DNA from: the human T2T-CHM13v2.0 reference genome, Homo sapiens | Assembly: GCF_009914755.1 (NCBI RefSeq) | Contig: NC_060928.1 | Reading direction: 5' to 3' (one strand) | Length of the DNA stretch: 64,000 nucleotides | Shown: piece by piece, positions 39,765 through 53,634 of the stretch | How positions within the stretch are numbered: the first letter of the stretch is position 1 | Layout: every line of letters starts with the position of its first letter | Notes under the pieces: model-generated | The model's database searches: none | Told to the model about the DNA's origin: nothing | Seen by the model: only the letters and a program-made list of their open reading frames with translations | Made by a program: the position numbers and the translations under genes

Positions 39765-40000
39765 CTAATGGTGCGGGTGAAGAGCCTGGTGAAGAGCACA
39801 GGCTCCAGGGCCAGAATCCTGGGTTCAAGTCCTGGCTCTGTCTTAGACTAGACCTTGGGAAAATTACTTAATCTTTCTGTGCCTCAGTTTCATTATCTGC
39901 AGAAATAGAGTTATTTGTGAGACAAGTAAGAGAATGTATAAAACATTTAGAACTGAGCATGGCAGATCATAGATTAATAATGCTAGCTGCTGTTGTTGTT
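39765..40000 (+). mobile_element. MIR
   Basis: aagagcacaggctcc...cctgggttcaagtcctggctctg...gaccttgggaaaattacttaatctttctgtgcctcagtttc. Confidence 0.8.
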
Positions 40001-40703
40001 ATAAGGCAGAATGAAAGGCTGTGTTTGGAGTTGACCTGATGTATTAACTTTTACTCATTTTTTCCCCTAAAGAATTTATTTAATTCAAATAATAACCATG
40101 TTGGTGTTTGAATGATATATAATGCTTTAACTGAATATTTTTCTGTCCCAGTGGGTGACATTATGAAAATAATGAGACTGATGATACATTAATACAAAGA
40201 AGTTTTTGTAATCTAAGGAAATTTACTTTTGACCACAGTCAGATATTTTTCAGGCTTCAACTTTGTAGACTTATGCTAAGATGTATGACTACTTCATTGC
40301 ATTACAGAAATGTAATTTAATCATCTAAGGGTTTTTGGTTTGTTATTAAAGTTTTAATTCTCTAAGGTATAGTGTGAGGCTAATAGTGTTTTCTGAGTTC
40401 CAGGAATTGACCTATATTTATTGTATTTTTTAACCAATAATTAACACATAGAATATTAATTAAAATATGAAAACTAAATTTAAGGTACCTGGATAGTCCT
40501 GTAAAATCTAAAACTTTTTTAACACTAAAATATTAACTGTTAGAATGAGAATTTGAAACTTGTAAACACATAAGGTGTTTGTTTACTGTATATTAGGTTT
40601 GAAAATTATGTATACATCTATCTCCACATTGGTATGATTTGAGCTGAGCTTAGAAACAAGATGCTGGCAAGCATGAAAAGTTGAACATCATGAATATAAG
40701 TGT

Positions 40704-40998
40704 GGCTGGGCGCAGTGGCTCACGCCTGTAATCCCAACACTTTGGGAGTCCAAGGCAGGAGGATTGCTTGAGGCCAGGAGTTTCAAACCAGCTTGGGCAA
40801 CACAGGGAGACTCCATATCTAAAAATGAAAATTAAAATAATTAGCTGGGCGTGGTGGCATGTGCCTATAGGCCTAGCTACTTGGGGAGGCTGAGGTGGAA
40901 GGATCACTTGAGTCCAGGTGTTCAAGGCTGCAGTGAGCTATGATCATGCCATTAAACTCCAGCCTGGATGACAGAGGGAGACTGTCTCTAAAAAAAAG
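40704..40998 (+). mobile_element. AluJ
   Basis: ggaggattgcttgaggccaggagttt and ttcaaggctgcagtgagctatgatc. Confidence 0.92.
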
Positions 40999-41159
40999 TA
41001 ATTAATGTTGTTAAAACCACAACTCTTACATAAGCAGTTACTATATTAAAGATGTATGCAATGACTATTCATTCCTCAAATATTTTTTGATTCCTTGTTA
41101 TGTGATGGGCTACCCTGCTTACCAATAATACAGATTGAGGACTTAATTTTTTAAATCTT

Positions 41160-41960
41160 TAAACTTTTTATTTGAAAATAATTTCAAACTTAATAGGAAA
41201 GTTACAAGAGTAAGAACAGTACACAAAGCACTCATTTACCTTTTATCCAGTTTCACCTATTGCCCCCATTTGCTTTATCACATAGCCTATGTACTATAAT
41301 ATTTTTTGAACCACTGAAGATAAGTTAGAGTATGGCCCTTTTATGCCTCAATATTTCAATGCATATTTCCTAAGAACATGGATATTCTCTTTTATAGCTA
41401 CAGTATAATTGTCAACTCTAGTAATTTTAACATTGATGTAATACTTTATTTTCTGAATTTCTGTTTTGTTAGTTGACTCAATAATGTCCTTTATAGCTTA
41501 TTTTTTCCTTCCAGTACAGGATCCATTCCCAGGCCTGGTATTGTATTTAGTTCTCATGTCTTTTTAGTTGATTTTTTCTTGAGACGAAGTCTCACTCTGT
41601 TGCCCAGGCTGCAACCTCTGCCTCCCAGGTTCAAGTGATTCTACTGCCTCAGCCTCCTGAGTAGCTGGGATAATAGGCACCTGCCACCATGCCCGGCTAA
41701 TTTTTGTATTTTTAGTAGAGACGGGGTTTCACAGTGTTGGTTAGGCTGGTCTCAAACTCCTGACCTTAAATGATCCACCTGCCTTAGCCTCTCAAAGTGC
41801 TGGGATTACAGGCATGAGCCACTGTGCCCAGGCTTCTTTTTCATTTCTTTTAATCTGGAACATGTGCCATCCTTTCTTTAATGAATTGTGATTTTTGAAG
41901 AATATAATCCTCCTTGTTTTCAATAAAGGACAAAGAACACTTAATTTGACTTTCTGACCC
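41160..41960 (-). mobile_element. Old L1MC/ME 3' fragment interrupted by an Alu
   Basis: tttttatttgaaaataatttcaaactt...aagttacaag...tttcctaagaacatggatattctc...ccagtacaggatcca. Confidence 0.65.
41572..41833 (-). mobile_element. AluS with right-arm deletion
   Basis: gcccaggct joined directly to gcaacctc; remainder canonical. Confidence 0.9.
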
Positions 41961-42465
41961 ATATTGTGTTTGAATGAAAAATGATTTACTCTGCTGGATT
42001 CTCTGTGGAGCCCCGTGATCACAGTGCTGAGTCCCTGTGTCATGGTACTTCAGCTTGGAATATGAGGTTTCTAAATGGACCAATCCAGTCTTGGGAGAGC
42101 AGCCTGCTCTTAAAGAGGGTTATTGACCAAATGTCTTCACATTGTAGTGAAATTTATAAACATACAAGCATTTGCCTAAAAATTTCTGAAATACTGAGTA
42201 ATCCCATGGTCTTTTATTCAATTATTTTCATAGAAGTGTGAAAGCAAGCAGTAAAAGAGCTGAGGGGTGTATCCAGAAGTTCAGTGGAAACATGGGGATA
42301 CAGACTTACTATCTAATGAGAGGCGAGCTACTGTTTTTATTGTAAGAGACAGAGCTGTAATGGTTTAGAGGAAAAGTGGTGAAGATTTGAATTAGGGGAT
42401 TGTAGTAGAATGAAGTAGAGGGGACGGTCACACAAACCCAGAGGGCTTTAAGAAACAATAGGATT

Positions 42466-42756
42466 GGCCAGGCGTGGTGGCTCATGCCTCTAATCCTAAC
42501 ATTCTGGGAGGCCGAGGCGGGTGGATCACCTGAGGTCAGGAGTTCGAGACCAGCCTGGCCAACATGGCAAAACCCTGTCTCTACTAAAAATACAAAAATT
42601 ACCCAGGAGTGGTGGCACATGCCTGTAATCCGACCTACTCGGGAGGCTGAGGCAGGAGAATTACTTGAACCTGGTGGAGGGGAGAGGCAGGAGTTGCAGT
42701 GAGCCAAGATGATGCCACAGCACTCCAGCCTGGGCAACAGAACAGGAATCTATCTC

Positions 42757-42787
<31 letters not shown>

Positions 42788-42795
42788 GAAAAAGA
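42466..42795 (+). mobile_element. AluSx with perfect 16-bp TSD, inside an L2
   Basis: aagaaacaataggatt at 42450-42465 and 42792-42807. Confidence 0.95.
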
Positions 42796-42807
42796 AACAA
42801 TAGGATT

Positions 42808-43420
42808 TGATCACTAATTTTTTGTGAGGGATGTTTGAAGCTCATCGACTTGTGGAATTGTGAGGTTGTTAGTAGAAATGGGCAATTTGGGAAGACAGTC
42901 TGGGACTTTTTTGTTTGTTCTGGGAAAAGGTGATGATTTTGGTCTTGGAGAGGTCTTGGGCTCTGCTGATGAAGGTGTCCAACAGGCAGTTGGAAATGTA
43001 GAATAAAGCCAAGGAGAGCATCCAAAGACATATTAGAGATACGGGAATTATCTACATAGAGGGTGACCATTAAAGATGAGAATGAATGGGATCCCCAAGG
43101 GCGAGAGCAGAAGTGCCCAGGAGAGGAGGGCTGGTACCTTGGTACTTACAGGAAGAAGTAAACCTAGCACAAGTGACAGGTGGAGGACTAATAAGAACAC
43201 ATTGTTTCAGAGGCCAAGGGAAGAAAGTTTTAGACGGAGGGAATGGTTGGCAATGCCAACAGCAAGGGAGTGTGTGGACACTGAGAAGAGGCAGGCAGAT
43301 TTGGCAATTGAGGTGGAGCCGTTTGGACAAACTTGAAAGCCCGACTACAGGGGATTAATAAATGTGAGTGGAGAACGGTGAGGCAGAGGCGGAAAGGGCA
43401 GGGGGCTGTGTGGCAATGTT
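42808..43420 (-). mobile_element. L2 fragment
   Basis: gtccaacaggcagttggaaatg...gaatgaatgggatccccaaggg...ttggcaattgaggt. Confidence 0.55.
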
Positions 43421-44256
43421 CAGCTCTAGAGGCAGTGAAAAGATGGGAACTTAGGGTCACCAGGCTGAGGAACCCGATGACCATCTTCCTGTGTAACGTT
43501 CAGTCTTTCATTGTAGTGAGGAGGCATTTCTCCACTCTTTAATGACTCTTTTAAATCATTCAACAGTCACTTCTACCCAGAAGCAGATGAAAGGATGAAG
43601 GGGCACTTTTCCCTGGGTCAGCAGAACAGCACCTTATCAGCACCATTATGTGATCTGAAGGGACTAGGATTAAAACCCTTAAGCATCCTGCCCTCCAGGG
43701 AAATGTGGAAACCTGAAGCAGCCCCTTATAACAGAAAGACTCTAGAAAAGTAAAGCTGGTTTCAGTGGGATTTCTGTGGTTTTCTCCATTGATTTTTCAT
43801 TTCCACCTCCAAGAGCCTTTTATTGCCAAGTATTAAAAAAAAAAACAAAAAACTTCCTGTCAGTCAAGGGCAGAGTCTCAGCACTGCAGAGAGCCTCACA
43901 CTGGGCTAACACCTGTCCCAGGAAGTTACCAAATGACAAGCTAAGGTGATCATCAGACTGTTCCAGAAACCCTATCAGGAGCTGCAGAGTCACCTGGTAC
44001 ATTAGCCCAGCAGGCCCAACATGTCCCTTCAGAGAGGCTGGACTAACGCTGATTAAGAGAAAACACAAACAGTACAAAGAAGGATTGCTAATAGGAATTA
44101 TTTTACACACCTTTCTAGTTCACAAACCACCACCTTTGCACCAAAGCAAACTTGGGCTATTGAGCCTTGGAGGTTATTTATTTGTATGTGCAGGGCAGTG
44201 GTTTGGGTGAAGCTTGATTTTCTCACCATCATTCTTTCTTTTTCCTTCCACCTTAG

Positions 44257-44400
44257 GGAACAAACAGACCCTCTGTCACATTTTTATAAAGAGTAGTTGT
44301 CCTGGTGTTTTCAAAGTTGGGTTGTGCCTCAGAAACAAAACAGAAATTACAAAGAAGTGTGTGAAATGAATCAGTGTGTTAACATCTGAACTAATATGGA
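44257..44400 (+). other. Candidate 144-nt cassette exon (non-coding / 5' UTR)
   Basis: Long pyrimidine tract ttctttctttttccttccaccttAG ending 44256; donor GA|GTAAGT at 44401. Confidence 0.4.
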
Positions 44401-44432
44401 GTAAGTGTTTATGCTGCTTGTTTCAGAACTGC
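44267..44432 (+). repeat. Local duplication, copy 1 (partner 47290-47450)
   Basis: Aligns by eye at ~85% with 47290-47450, e.g. tgtgcctcagaa...cagaaatta...tgaaatgaatca.tgtgttaacatctg.actaatat. Confidence 0.9.
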
Positions 44433-44516
44433 ATATTCAGCATGAGATACAGGTCCCAGTTGCCTAAATAACATAGTTCCAGCGTTTTCTTTAGGTCTGA
44501 GACAGTTTGAATGTTC

Positions 44517-44800
44517 TTTTTTTTTTTTTTTTTGAGACAGAGTCTCACTCTGTTACCCAGGCTGGAGTGCAATGACACGATCTCCGGCTCACTGCAACCT
44601 CCACATCCCGGGTTCAAGCAATTCTCCTGCCTCAGCTTCCCAAGTATCTGGGATTACAGGCACCTGCTACCACGCCTGGCTAATTTTTATATTTTTAGTA
44701 GAGTCGGGGTTTCACCATGCTGGGCAGGCTGGTCTTGAACTCCTTACCTCAGGCGATCCACCCACCTCGGCCTCCCAAAGTGCTGGGATTGCGCACGGCT
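44517..44800 (-). mobile_element. AluSx-like
   Basis: Alu body with a deletion near the 5' end; TSD tgaatgttctt. Confidence 0.92.
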
Positions 44801-47289
44801 GAATGTTCTTCCATTCTTTATATCCCATTTAGTTTTGGGAAATTGGACGACTAGACCTAGTCGTGCTAGGGGCACTCCTATGCTTGATGTCAGAATTACT
44901 CATTTTCCCCTAGGCACTTTTTCTTTGTGAATTTATCTTTAAAGGACAGCCTCATCAGCATGGACTCATCTGGTACAATACTAGTTTGTAGAACCATAGC
45001 ACTTGTATTCACTCTTACCTTCTTTTCCTGGAACCAAATCTTTTACTTGAATGTCAATAAAATGGCCCTTCTCAGCAACGGAACATTCTTGACTCCTGAG
45101 GCAGGGAAGGAAGCCAGGCACTTGTACATTTGTTTTCAAACGAACTGGTTCTTATGTTGTAAATATTTAACCATTCACCATAGTATTCCTACCAAAGTTT
45201 CCATTTGATTTTCAGTTAATTCCATTTCTCACAAGCAGATAAAGGCTCTTTCACTTTCCAGAACCCTCTTTTAAGCAAATATAGATTATATTTTTGGCTC
45301 AAGAAGGAACAAAAAATGGAATTTGGAAGGCATATTTTTTCCTTGGTTGAAGAAAGGAGGCCACGGGGAAGTAATTCCACCAAGAAAGTATAATGGGTGT
45401 TATGGTAAATCTTCATGATGGCCATGAATATTTTTATTGTTCCCTACCCTGTCTTTGCTTAAATTGCTAGAGTTGTGGCTAAAAGCAAAGCTGGGTTTTT
45501 TCTTCTCAGGTTTATAGCTTTGAGAGTCGGGAGGGAGGGACATTAAGTGTAAAAGCTACTGAAGAGGGCCAGGTGATCTTATCTCTTTAATGAAAATGAC
45601 TGCAGACAGCTTCCTTCCAACTTTTGAGTTATCTGGGTTCCTGAGTGTCCATTTCTCACTGGTGTTTGCTCTTAGGATGAAACTTTAGGAATGCATTAGG
45701 CAAAAGATTATGATTTACAGCATACCACTGTTTACTGTTTTAGTAATATATTTGTTTTAGGGAAAAGACCTCCTTATAACACATTTCATGCTTTTGATTT
45801 AAGTTGTGACTCCTCTTTCAAGTTTGGGATATTTTGCTTCCAGGAGATGCATTTTGGTCTTTTCCTTTTCTTTTCTCTTCCTTTCTTCCTTCTTCCCTAT
45901 AACAGGTATCTCCTGCTGCACCAAGTCTGTGGGCAACAATGCAAAAAGTCAACCAAAATCCAAAAGTCTAAGCTGATCCCTTAGTATACCAGTTTTAAGA
46001 ATGTCTGGTGTCACTTGGACTACAAATGACTTTTAAAGTCAAAGACCATAAGCATGAGTCAAATTGGAAACATTACCTTGTAGAGCCAGTCTGTCTGCCT
46101 GGTCACTTAACAGTTTATAAAACTTGACTCCTAGCTAGAAAGTTAATTGCCAGAGGTTCCAAGGAAAGCACTGGACTACCACTCGGAATCCTCCATTTAC
46201 TACATAGGCCAAATGATCTGGCTCTTTTCAAGGAGTTAGCATGAACATTCTACATTTTTCTTATCCAATATGCACAAATATTTCTTTGAAGAAAGATGAC
46301 ATTTTAAAGGTTCTTATTCAATTAAAACTTCCTAAAGCACTTTTTTTCCCCATTAACTGACAAACATGATACAGAACTATTTTCTTTCAAGATTATTATG
46401 CCTCTAAATCTTTTTCTGTCTCTTTCCTATTTAGCTTTGGATTTGCACAAAACACCCAAGCATTTTTCAGCAGTGTGAGCTGAGAGTGTGGAATTGAATG
46501 AACACGCCTGGGATTTGAAATGAGAGATCTGGGCGGGGGAAGGGGAGAAATATATTCCTTGCATACTCATACGCCATAACTGAGGATTCTACATTTTCTT
46601 TCTAAAGCATACAGTGGAGATGGTTTATTTCTGAGAGAAATTCTATTTTAGTTTTGTTTTGCTTTTAACCACTATCATGTTTGTATTTGTCATTCTTGTA
46701 CATGGATTTTAAATTTAGGTTATTTTAATTTTTCTAACCAAATATTTTTCAAATATCCGCTTATGTTGGAGAGAAAAGGACATTCCAAAAGAGTTACCTA
46801 TAGTGTTTTTAACACATAATTAAAATGATCATAAAACCTTCACATGTGCTTTTTATTTCTCATTAAATGCCAGAGGGAAAGGCAATTGCAGGCGTGTAGT
46901 ATTCCGACATTTCAGCGTGCTGCACTCCTGTCCTTCCGTCGTCTGGGGCCACATCTGTGATCACTGTCTTGTGCTTGCCAATAGAGGTTTTCTTCTGGAT
47001 GCTGTGTCTGCTCTTGGTCTTGTGGCTTTAACACCGAAGAGCTGTTGTCTACAAAAGACAGTACATTAGAGCTCCAGAGTTCACTCAGCTGCCTGCTTTG
47101 CTCCCGTGGTGACTTCATTCTTGGGAAGTTTTTAGGTTTCCTGGGAGATGAAGCATGAGCAACATTTGCTCCAGCCTGAGTAATTTCAGAAGGCCTTGAG
47201 TCCTGTTTTGTTATTCGGGTTTCCAAGGGTGGGTGAGGGGCATGAGAATTCCCAGCAGTTACCACTACACGTGAATACTGGTATCTGGC

Positions 47290-47450
47290 GACTCTCTGTT
47301 ACGTTTTTAAAAAGAGTGGTTATCGTGGTGTTTTTAAAGTGGGACTGTGCCTCAGAAGCCAAACAGAAATTATAAAGAGGTGTCTGAAATGAATCAATGT
47401 GTTAACATCTGTACTAATATGAGTGTATATGTTGCATATTCCAGAGCTGC
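47290..47450 (+). repeat. Local duplication, copy 2
   Basis: Direct-orientation paralog of 44267-44432. Confidence 0.9.
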
Positions 47451-48279
47451 CTCAAATTCTTTTAGGATTTAATAATATTGAACATTGGAAAGATTGAATT
47501 AAAGCCAGGTAAGACTTGCTATGTTTACAAAATTGTTTGATGTGGTCTACAATGGATTTTAGTATTTTTCTGAGTTAAAAAGAATAATAGCATATGCTTC
47601 ATAATTTTTGCCTTTATGACCTATTGTTTCTTCATTAACCTCAGTACAATGATATTATATTATTATTGGAATTGAAAAGGTTCCTGTGTAAGCCTTGCTT
47701 GGTAATTCAAGTACCCTTGAATTGTATAAGGAGAGCGCAGATATTTTAATGCCAGACTCCTAGTTTATGCAGTACTTTTGGGCTGTAGTTCCCATGTTAA
47801 ATGAGATGATCAGCCAAATCTTTGCTTTGCCAGGAACCAAAATCATTTCCAAACTACAATAGCAGTATGGTTACAGTTTCAGCTTCATCAGCCCCAAAGT
47901 AAATTCTAATAGGTGCTATTGAACATAGTTTAAAATATCCTGGTGAGAAACTATAGGCCTTAAATATTCTGTTTTCAAATTTTTTACCTAACCCCAAATA
48001 GCTAGCTTCTTAGTTTTATACAGCTATGCCAAAATAAAATACAACAGAACATTCTTCTTTTGGGGATATGAAACAAATCTTTTCATTTTCAACAGTGATA
48101 ACCAATCTTCTGTCTCCCTCCCTCTCCCTCAACCCCTCACTTCCCTCCCTCTCCTTCTCCCTCTTTAGTCCCTCCTCCCACCCAGCCTCTCCCTCTGTCT
48201 GTCTTTTCTTGCATTACCTAAAGCCCTCATTGCTCACATCTCATCAAGATAAAGTCAAGATTTACACACAATATAGGAA

Positions 48280-48635
48280 GTGTTTCTCTCCAGCCTCATA
48301 CCTGACCACAGCATCCTTCCTTTCCTACTTCACACTCCAATCGCCGAGAACCATGTCCAGTTCCTGAGCATACCATACTTTCTGCCTCTTCCTATGTGTT
48401 ACTTCTCTAACTAGAAGGCTTATCCTCCCCTCTCTAAAGGCTGGCAAATATTCTCATGACATCATGTCTTTGTCTACCCCTATAACTAACCATATTGTAT
48501 TTAAACTTCTCTCTTCCTTTTTAGACTCTAAGCAACTTGTGAGCAAGGACTGTTTCCATCTCGCTCACTATTATACTTAGAGCCTAGCACAGTGCCTGGC
48601 ATACAGTAGCTATACAGCACATATTTGTTGAAGGC
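48280..48635 (+). mobile_element. L2 3' fragment
   Basis: ttagact.taagc...gagcaaggactgt...agagcctagcacagtgcctggcatacagtag...atatttgttgaa. Confidence 0.75.
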
Positions 48636-49284
48636 TCAATTGAGTCTAGTTGTCACTCAGTTTGCTTTAAACATAGAGAACTCTCCTTAACTTTTCGTTT
48701 ATTGTTGGAGGGAAGAGAGCAGAGGGCAGAATGTGCTCTGTGGTGTTTTATAACTCTGCAGGAGGCAGCTCTTTATAGCATTATATAGATTTAAAATTGA
48801 AGCACAAAATGGTTGTGATGAGGAAGCACGTACGTAGGGCTGCTTCATCAGGCGAACCCTAATTCATGTAAAATTCAACGCTGGGAAATCAAAAGAAAGG
48901 AAAATCACTCTCTCCAAGTGGTAGAAATGATAGTGGGATTTTTTTTATCTCTAGGTGGAGATAGTTTTAAAATTTGCCTCCAGTCTGCTACATTAATTCT
49001 ATTTGCCTGAATATTAATTGTGGGTATTTAAATAAGACAAGTTGAGTTTCACAAATGCTGCTTGCTGCTACATTTCCACCAAAAAGGCAGCTTAAAACTG
49101 TTCTTTCTTAAACTATTCCTTCTTAAATACATACCCATTGTCTATCTCAAACACTGCTTACCATTCATCCCCAAGTTGTACAAATAAGAAAAATTTCAGA
49201 TAACCATGATTGCAGTTATGAAATTGCTGGGATTATGAAGCATAATCTTAGTTTAACATGCATGGGTAGAATTACCTGAAGTAG

Positions 49285-49490
49285 CTGCCATTTATTCAGA
49301 GTCAATGCCAGGCATTTTATTTGCATCATCTCTGATCATCTCAACAACCCTGATAGGTGGGTGGTATTGTCCCTCTTTACAGAGGAAGGAATTGAGGCTC
49401 AGAGAGGTGAAACACCTTGGCCAAGATCACCTAGTAAGTGGCAAATCTAGGATATGAAACTTGGTCTCTTGGTCCAAAAGCTTCCTTTCT
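49285..49490 (-). mobile_element. MIR
   Basis: tcaacaaccctgataggt...tttacagaggaaggaattgaggctcagagaggtgaa. Confidence 0.75.
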
Positions 49491-50350
49491 TTATAGCATA
49501 TTTCTCTTCCTCAATTAAAGCACTATTGTTTTCTCAGGCATTGGATGTTTGTACAGGTCATTTTAGAATACTTTTCTTTGTGTATACCATGATGACATCA
49601 TGGCTAATGGGCTACCAACAACAGCCTTCTTGAATTCACGCCCACAGACAGCATTGACAGAACTTTAGGATTTTAATCCAAACTGTTGGGAGTCTTCCTA
49701 TGTCCAAATGATTAGGAATTGCCAAACAGATGAGTCTACAATTGTGTTTCCCAGATTCTACAGCCATATTACAGTATATAGATCGTGTGTGGCTATGTCA
49801 AATTATTTGCTTCTGTTAGGATCACAGCACTTTGGGGGATGCGAGTAGGGGCTTTTTCTCTGAATATTATTCTCAGATTTTCTCCCAACTTCCAGACTCA
49901 GGAGGTTAACACGTGAACTTCTGGAGAGCAGCCTGCAGGGGGAGATCCTAGGGTTCACGTAAAGCTTACAAAATAGCCTAAAACTTGTGTCCCAAGTCAG
50001 ACCCTTCAGAACTGTGGTTTTATTTCTGGAATAACATACAACCCAACAGCCATGTCTTTAGAGACTTGTGGCTGAATTAGTTCTGATATTTTAAGAAAAT
50101 TAAGTTTCAGGTCTTGTAGATATGCCAGTAAGATGTCCACTAGGTAGAGATTCTACCCAATATTGTGTTCTCTATTGTTTATATTCTGTACATGATGGTG
50201 GTGACAAGGATTTAGGGAGAATGCCTATTTTAAGCTCTCTGGAAGTCAACTGCCAAGAAAGTCAGCAACCTGTCTTCCTAAAATTATCCACAAAGCCTAT
50301 GATTATCATAGGTTTAAAGGCATACATATTCCTCTGTTTTGCAAAAGTCT

Positions 50351-50523
50351 TTTTTTTTTTTTTTAGAAATGGGGTCTTGCTATGTTGCCCAGAATGGAAG
50401 GTAGTGGCTATTCATAGGCATGATCATCATGCACTGCAGCCTTGAACTCCTGGTCTCAAATGATCCTCCTGCCTCAGCCTCCCCAGTAGCTGGGACTACG
50501 GGTGTGTGCCACCATGTCCAGCC
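50351..50523 (-). mobile_element. FAM (fossil Alu monomer)
   Basis: Monomer retaining the 7SL-derived segment gtggctattcataggcatgatc; TSD caaaagtctt at 50342 and 50524. Confidence 0.85.
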
Positions 50524-51234
50524 CAAAAGTCTTACTACTAACTTTTATTCACGAAGGTAATTCAAAAGATAGGGCATTGATTCCAACTTATAGAAGCTAT
50601 AAATATTAGCCCCAAGTTAGTTCCTATAATTCAACATTGGCAACCTCCCCTTCGATGAGAATGTCCTTTCAGGTGCTTCTTCTTCCTTTCTCTATCCTGG
50701 ATTACCATGTAGGCCTTTTGAAAATAGACACCTACTTTATGACAGTTTGGACAGACTAACAGGTCTGTATGAAAAGGCATTGAAAATATAGGCATGATTT
50801 CCCCAAAAGAAACCTAGAAATGGCTTTAAAAAGTTTTAGAAAGTGAGATATAAAAAAATTATAGAGTTAACATTGATGTTAGGAAAGTAGTCCAGGAAGG
50901 GATCTTAGATCTTACGTTAGAATGATATTTGGCTACTTCTTTCACTATTAGCAAATTAATTTATATAGATCACTAGATTTTTCCCTGTTTCTGAAATCCT
51001 TGGTTCACTGGGGAAATAGCCTTAAATTCAAAGAGAGCAAGGTGTATCATTATTTGTCTCTGTGGTTCAGTGAGCAGGTTGGATCTCTCATTTGTTTCTT
51101 GATATGAGGATGGGATCAACCAAGAGGAAATGTGAACAATGCTTAGTGAACCTTAAACAAATTAATGCTTTTCCAGGAAGTGAATGCAGTGGGGCACAGA
51201 CGTTGGGATTACTCCTAACCTGCAGTGATACTTG

Positions 51235-52640
<1,406 letters not shown>

Positions 52641-52849
52641 ATTTCCATGGGAAGTTGCTAATTCCTGAAAGTCCCGTCTCAAGAAGTTGCAGCCAATGAC
52701 ACAGGACTCAGTCTAGTCCTCTGGCCAAGTTGATCTTGACTTTTATTGTCTTTTAACTACAGTAGCACTGCACCAATCATAACCAGCTACACTTGTTAGT
52801 TTCATTGTTTTGTATTTACTGGTTCACCATATTTTCATACCATGTACAG

Positions 52850-52975
52850 CTTGAACTAGGGGTCATCTACTAAAATCCTCTCATTTTACAGATAAAGAGG
52901 CTAGGCTCAGAGGAGTTAAATGACTTGCCCAAAATTACACGAAATGGTTACAGCGGGACCAGGAGTGCCTACCTT
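52850..52975 (-). mobile_element. MIR
   Basis: ctctcattttacagataaagagg...ggctcagaggagttaaatgacttgcccaaa. Confidence 0.7.
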
Positions 52976-53634
52976 TCAGCTCTTTCCTCTTCCTTACACC
53001 AGCTAGAGCACTTGCAGCTTCATTAGATGGAGCAGGAAAGGTGATAACAGAGAGGTAAAGTCAGAGGTCATTTCTGCCACCAATTGTTTCCTTCAAAGCA
53101 AAACTCCAGGTAGTAGAGCTCTCTTATGCATTAACTTTGGTGGCACTTGCATCCTGTACAGTAAAAAGCCACAGGCGAAGTCTAGCAGACCTGCCCTTTG
53201 AAGGGAGAGTCGGAGAGAGCCTTCTGAGTTGCTCAGGCCAGGTTTTGGATAAATCAGGGGGTGACCATTGGATTATAGGAAGCTGGGACATGGGGAAATC
53301 ATTTTTTTTCCATTCAATCAGTCACAAAAAAGTGATTCTTTTCCTGTTAGACTAGGAAACTTAAGGAAGAAGGATAAGAAAGAGAATGTAGGCGACTCTG
53401 CCACGAGCTTTTGATGATTCTTAATGATAAATTGGAGAAGCCTGGAAAGAGCTAAAGGAATATAGAATTGAACATACTTTTTATTTGACTGTGGATTACA
53501 GTCAGAGATATATTCCACTTGAATTTACCCCAAGTGCCAGCACTTTCTTAGCTATTGTGAATTATGTGGATGGGCTACTGAGTTCCAATGGGTCATTATG
53601 TATAATTTGTAAACTGCTGTTCCACTTAGAGAGA

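Noticed and set aside
48110-48210. Pyrimidine-rich tract as possible H-DNA
   Set aside because: Interrupted low-complexity sequence next to an L2, with no clear long mirror symmetry.
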